A stretch of DNA of 64,000 nt from Actinomycetales bacterium (GTDB lineage: Bacteria; Actinomycetota; Actinomycetes; Actinomycetales; Angustibacteraceae). This document shows, in pieces, positions 60,389 to 64,000 of the stretch. Location of the stretch: the NCBI GenBank assembly GCA_038322575.1, contig JBBQGB010000008.1, positions 3,559-67,558 of the forward strand, in the 5' to 3' direction. The notes under the pieces are model-generated. The model was given only the letters and a program-made list of their open reading frames with translations, searched no databases and was not told where the DNA came from. Numbering within the stretch: position 1 is the first letter of the stretch; every line of letters starts with the position of its first letter. The position numbers were made by a program, and so were the translations under genes.

Positions 60389-61953
60389 ACGCCCTGGGCG
60401 CTGCCGCGATCCACGCCGCGTCGGTCTCGGCGCCGTCGATCTCCTACCGTCTGCTGGCGCCGGTGCTCGTGGTGTTCGGTGCCGCACTCGTCGGTGTCCT
60501 GGTCGAGGCGTTCGCGCCGCGCCGCGGTCGGCACGGCATTCAGGTGGGCGTCGCCCTCGTCGGGTTGATCGCGGCCTTCGTGACCGTCGTCCTCGCCGCC
60601 GACCGCACCAAGGCGGCGACGGCCGCGCGCGCCGTCGTCGTCGACAGCCCGACGCTGTTCCTGCAGGGCACGATCCTGGTGCTCGCCGCGCTCGGTGTGC
60701 TGACGATGGCCGAGCGGTTCTCCGGCAACGAGGGCGACGCCTTCACCTCGACCGCCGCCAGCGTCCCCGGGTCGGCGTACGAAGCGGCCACCGCCCGCGC
60801 CGGCTGGACGCAGACCGAGGTCTTCCCCCTCACCATGCTGGCGATCGGCGGCATGCTGCTGTTCCCCGCCGCCGGCGACCTGCTCACGATGTTCGTCGCC
60901 CTCGAGGTGCTCTCGCTGCCCCTGTACCTGCTCAGCGGGCTGGCCCGGCGCCGTCGTCTGCTCTCGCAGGAGGCCGCGCTGAAGTACTTCCTGCTCGGGT
61001 CGTTCTCGTCCGCGTTCTTCCTGTTCGGTGCGGCGATGCTCTTCGGCTTCTCGGGCTCGCTGTACCTCGGCGACATCGCGACGGCGATCGCGACCCGCGG
61101 CGGCCAGGACGGCATGCTGCTGCTCGGCATCGGGCTGGTGTCGATCGGTCTGCTCTTCAAGGTCGGCGCCGTCCCGTTCCACGCCTGGACCCCGGACGTC
61201 TACCAGGGCGCGCCCACCCCGGTCACCGGGTTCATGGCCGCGTGCACCAAGGTCGCGGCGTTCGGCGCGCTGCTGCGGTTCCTGTACGTCGCGGTGGCCG
61301 GCGCCCGCTGGGACTACCAGCCGGTGCTGTGGACCGTCGCGATCCTGACCATGATCGTCGGCTCGGTGCTCGCCATCACCCAGACCGACGTCAAGCGGAT
61401 GCTCGCCTACTCCTCCATCGCCCACGCGGGCTTCGTCCTCACCGGGGTGCTGGCCTTCGACCGGACGGGGCTGTCCGGCGCGCTGTTCTACCTGGTGGCC
61501 TACGGGTTCACCACGATCGGCGCCTTCGCGGTCGTCACCCTGGTTCGCGACAGCGCCGGCGAGGCCACCCACCTGACCCAGTGGGCCGGGCTGGCCCGGC
61601 GCTCGCCGCTCGTCGCCGGCGTGTTCGCGCTGTTCCTGCTGGCTTTCGCCGGCATCCCGCTCACGTCCGGCTTCACCGGCAAGTACGCCGTCTTCTCGGC
61701 GGCCATCGCGCACGGTGGCACCTGGCTGGCCGTCGTCGGTGTGCTGTCCAGCGCGGTCGCGGCATTCTTCTACGTCCGGGTGATCGTCCTGATGTACTTC
61801 TCCGACCCGGACGGCGACGCCGTCAGCGTGGCCGCGCCGAGCGCGTACACGATCATCGCGATCGGGGTCGGCGCCGCGGCGACCGTGCTGCTGGGTGTCG
61901 TGCCCAGCGTGCTGCTCGACCTCGCCGACCGCTCCGCCCTGTTCCTGCCGTGA
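60385..61953 (+). CDS. nuoN: NADH-quinone oxidoreductase subunit N
   Basis: Has FVALEVLSLPLYLL and KVGAVPFHAWTPDVYQGAPTPVT. GTGA overlap with nuoM. Confidence 0.93.
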   Translation: MNALGAAAIHAASVSAPSISYRLLAPVLVVFGAALVGVLVEAFAPRRGRHGIQVGVALVGLIAAFVTVVLAADRTKAATAARAVVVDSPTLFLQGTILVLAALGVLTMAERFSGNEGDAFTSTAASVPGSAYEAATARAGWTQTEVFPLTMLAIGGMLLFPAAGDLLTMFVALEVLSLPLYLLSGLARRRRLLSQEAALKYFLLGSFSSAFFLFGAAMLFGFSGSLYLGDIATAIATRGGQDGMLLLGIGLVSIGLLFKVGAVPFHAWTPDVYQGAPTPVTGFMAACTKVAAFGALLRFLYVAVAGARWDYQPVLWTVAILTMIVGSVLAITQTDVKRMLAYSSIAHAGFVLTGVLAFDRTGLSGALFYLVAYGFTTIGAFAVVTLVRDSAGEATHLTQWAGLARRSPLVAGVFALFLLAFAGIPLTSGFTGKYAVFSAAIAHGGTWLAVVGVLSSAVAAFFYVRVIVLMYFSDPDGDAVSVAAPSAYTIIAIGVGAAATVLLGVVPSVLLDLADRSALFLP

Positions 61954-62966
61954 CCTCCGGTGCGCTGGTGGCGCCGGCGGACGACGCCGTCGCGCAGCTC
62001 CTGGACGAGGGGCTGGAGCGGGTCGAGGCCGAGCTGCGCGAGGCGACCAAGCACGCCGACGCGTTCATCGACGGGGCCAGCACCCACCTGGTCGCCGCCG
62101 GCGGCAAGCGGCTGCGTCCGCTGCTCACCCTGCTGGCCGGCCAGCTCGGGCCCCGCGGTGGCGCGGACGGTGCGGTGCCGGCGTCCGGCGACGTCGTCAA
62201 GGCCGCGGTGGTCGTCGAGCTGACCCACCTCGCCTCGCTCTACCACGACGACGTCATGGACGAGGCGGTGCTGCGCCGCGGGGTCGACAGCGCCAACACA
62301 CGGTACGGCAACACGGTCGCGATCCTCACCGGCGACCTGCTGTTCAGCCGTGCCTCGCAGGTCGTCGCCGACCTCGGCACCGACGCCGTGCGGATCCAGG
62401 CGCAGACCTTCGAGCGGCTGTGCGCCGGCCAGATCGCCGAGACCGTGGGGCCGGTCGAGGGTCGCGACGAGGTCGCCCACTACCTGCAGGTGCTGGCCGA
62501 CAAGACCGGGTCGCTGATCGCCACGGCCGGCCTGTTCGGAGCGCGCTTCGGCGGCGCCGACGACGCCACCGTCGACGTCCTGCGTCAGTACGGCGAGCGG
62601 CTCGGTGTGGCCTTCCAGCTGGCCGACGACCTGCTCGACCTGTCGTCGCAGGCCAGCGACCTGGGCAAGACGCCGGGCACCGACCTGCGCGAAGGGGTGC
62701 CGACCCTCCCGGTGCTGCTGGCGCGTCGCTCGACCGACCCGTCCGATGCCCGGTTGCTCGCCCTCCTGGGCGGTGACCTCAGTGACGACGCCGCTCACGC
62801 CGAGGCGCTCACGCTGCTGCAGGCCCACCCTGCCCTGCACGAGGCCACGCTCGAGACCCGCCGCTGGGCGGACGAGGCGCGCGACGTGCTCGCCCCGCTG
62901 CCGCCCGGCCCGGTCAAGGACGCCCTCGTCGCGCTGGCCCAGGGCGTCGTCGACCGCACCACCTGA
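61950..62966 (+). CDS. trans-polyprenyl diphosphate synthase (menaquinone side-chain; heptaprenyl/GrcC1-like)
   Basis: Has the first Asp-rich motif LYHDDVMDE and the second FQLADDLLD, plus GKRLRP. The GTG overlaps the nuoN stop (GTGA). Confidence 0.85.
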   Translation: MTSGALVAPADDAVAQLLDEGLERVEAELREATKHADAFIDGASTHLVAAGGKRLRPLLTLLAGQLGPRGGADGAVPASGDVVKAAVVVELTHLASLYHDDVMDEAVLRRGVDSANTRYGNTVAILTGDLLFSRASQVVADLGTDAVRIQAQTFERLCAGQIAETVGPVEGRDEVAHYLQVLADKTGSLIATAGLFGARFGGADDATVDVLRQYGERLGVAFQLADDLLDLSSQASDLGKTPGTDLREGVPTLPVLLARRSTDPSDARLLALLGGDLSDDAAHAEALTLLQAHPALHEATLETRRWADEARDVLAPLPPGPVKDALVALAQGVVDRTT

Positions 62967-63005
62967 GCGGCCGCGCTCGGGGGTGCGACGAGTGTCGAGC
63001 TCGAC

Positions 63006-63812
63006 TCACCCCGCTGGGTGCAGCGGACGGCCAGTGACGCACGCGACCACGTACGCAGTGAAGTCGGTCGTGTCTCGCAGCCGCGGCGCCGGGTCGTCGT
63101 ACTGCGGTGGCCCGCCCTCGCGCAGGCGCAGCGCCTCGCGGACCACCCGGTGCCAGCGTTCGTCGTAGTACGACAGGCCCCAGCGCCCAGCCCCCGACTT
63201 CGTGGTCATCGCACCGCTGACGAGGAGGTGGTGCAGGCGCGCGACGCCGAGGACGCACCAGCAGCAGGCGTCGTCCCGCGCCGCTCGCGGCTCGTCGGGG
63301 GACGCGGCGGCAAGCTGACCGGCGATGTCGCGCCAGTAGGTGTCGAGGTTGTCGACGGTGTGCGCGTGCAGCACGCGCGCGTCCGTCCAGATACCGAGCG
63401 CTGTCCGCTCGGGCCCGCTGACCGTGATGCCGTGCCAGGCCAGCTCGTGCCAGGCGACGAGCTGGTCGAGGTGCGCGAGGCTGAAGTCCTGGTGCAGCAC
63501 CACCGGCACCAGCGGCAGCTCCCTCGGGTCGCGGCTCAGGTCGGCGGTCAGGACGTGCATCCCGTCGAAGTCGACCGTCGAGACGGCCGCGAGCTGCTCG
63601 TGCACCTGCTCCAGCTGGTTGACCTCTTCGGTGGTCGGCCGATGGTCGAGCGTGGCGATGAAGTCGATGTCCGACTGGTCCTCGACCCACTCCCCGAAGC
63701 CGATGCCGCCTGTGAGGTAGAGGCCGGTCACCAGCCCTTCTGGAGCCAGTGACAGGAACCGGTCGCACAGGATCCGGACAGGGCCTGGCAGCGCGGGGTG
63801 GCGGACTGGCAT
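63006..63812 (-). CDS. nucleotidyltransferase-domain protein with DUF4111-like C-terminus (AadA/ANT-like fold)
   Basis: The N-terminal pol-beta NTase motif is LYLTGGIGFGEWVEDQSDIDFIA. The C-terminal helical domain is as in aminoglycoside adenylyltransferase-like proteins. The substrate is unknown. Confidence 0.65.
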   Translation of the reverse strand: MPVRHPALPGPVRILCDRFLSLAPEGLVTGLYLTGGIGFGEWVEDQSDIDFIATLDHRPTTEEVNQLEQVHEQLAAVSTVDFDGMHVLTADLSRDPRELPLVPVVLHQDFSLAHLDQLVAWHELAWHGITVSGPERTALGIWTDARVLHAHTVDNLDTYWRDIAGQLAAASPDEPRAARDDACCWCVLGVARLHHLLVSGAMTTKSGAGRWGLSYYDERWHRVVREALRLREGGPPQYDDPAPRLRDTTDFTAYVVACVTGRPLHPAG

Positions 63813-64000
63813 GCGGTGACGATAGGCGCGTCGGGGGTCCGGACGTGAACGGCTCCATCGTGGTCACCCGGTGTCCTGGTCGGTGGGTGCGGCTCGGCTC
63901 CGTTGCTGGCCCTGCGGTTGTTGTCGTTGTTGGCGCCTGTGCCAGCGGGTGGCGAGGGCGGTGATGGCTGTCTGGACGGCGACTGGTGGGAGGTGGGGGT

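Noticed and set aside
51445-61713. Series of long minus-strand ORFs (700, 753, 589, 520 aa) across nuoG-nuoN.
   Set aside because: They are antisense to unambiguous complex I subunits. They have extreme Arg/Gly/Asp/His composition (for example long runs of R, G, D, H), no TM or domain signatures, and arbitrary boundaries. They are shadow ORFs.
63006-63812. Annotating the nucleotidyltransferase/DUF4111 gene as an acquired aminoglycoside-resistance determinant (aadA/ant).
   Set aside because: Only the generic NTase motif and fold-level resemblance are visible. GC content matches the host and there is no integron or transposon context. The substrate cannot be inferred from the sequence.
63813-64000. 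G/T-rich terminal 190 bp with open frames on both strands running to or from the window edge.
   Set aside because: The region is too short and has no recognisable motif or start context. I cannot decide whether a gene begins or ends here, so I left it unannotated.

Overview
This is a high-GC (roughly 70%+) actinobacterial chromosomal segment, densely coding, with many GTG starts and 4-nt start/stop overlaps. The backbone is a respiratory-energy supercluster. It holds the end of cytochrome c biogenesis (resB, ccsB), seven menaquinone genes (menA, menE, menB, menC, menD, menF, menG/ubiE) plus a long-chain polyprenyl-diphosphate synthase, and a complete 14-gene nuoA-N complex I operon (45.7-62.0 kb). 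Between these lie an egtB/egtD ergothioneine pair (egtB frameshifted), an ECF sigma factor with RsrA-type zinc anti-sigma paralogs, two cation:proton antiporters, a membrane-protein/response-regulator/histidine-kinase triad, PadR and ArsR-type regulators, and a lower-GC (about 58-65%) accessory stretch at about 16.4-22.8 kb with no recognisable mobility genes. The most interesting content is at 40.3-43.3 kb. A MerR-family regulator carries the Wx9EH motif and an ExH motif typical of B12-dependent photoreceptors (CarH/LitR-like). It sits directly upstream of a DTE-motif proton-pump rhodopsin and a Brp/Blh beta-carotene dioxygenase. All three are co-directional with menF and embedded between the men and nuo genes. 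Other notable items are a Rieske-[2Fe-2S]::TPP-enzyme fusion, an in-frame 9-bp tandem repeat inside blh, a perfect hairpin inside the nuo operon, and several decayed genes. I recognised no rRNA, tRNA, CRISPR array, transposase or integrase by eye. All calls rest on reading the translated ORFs and DNA, and no database search was run.
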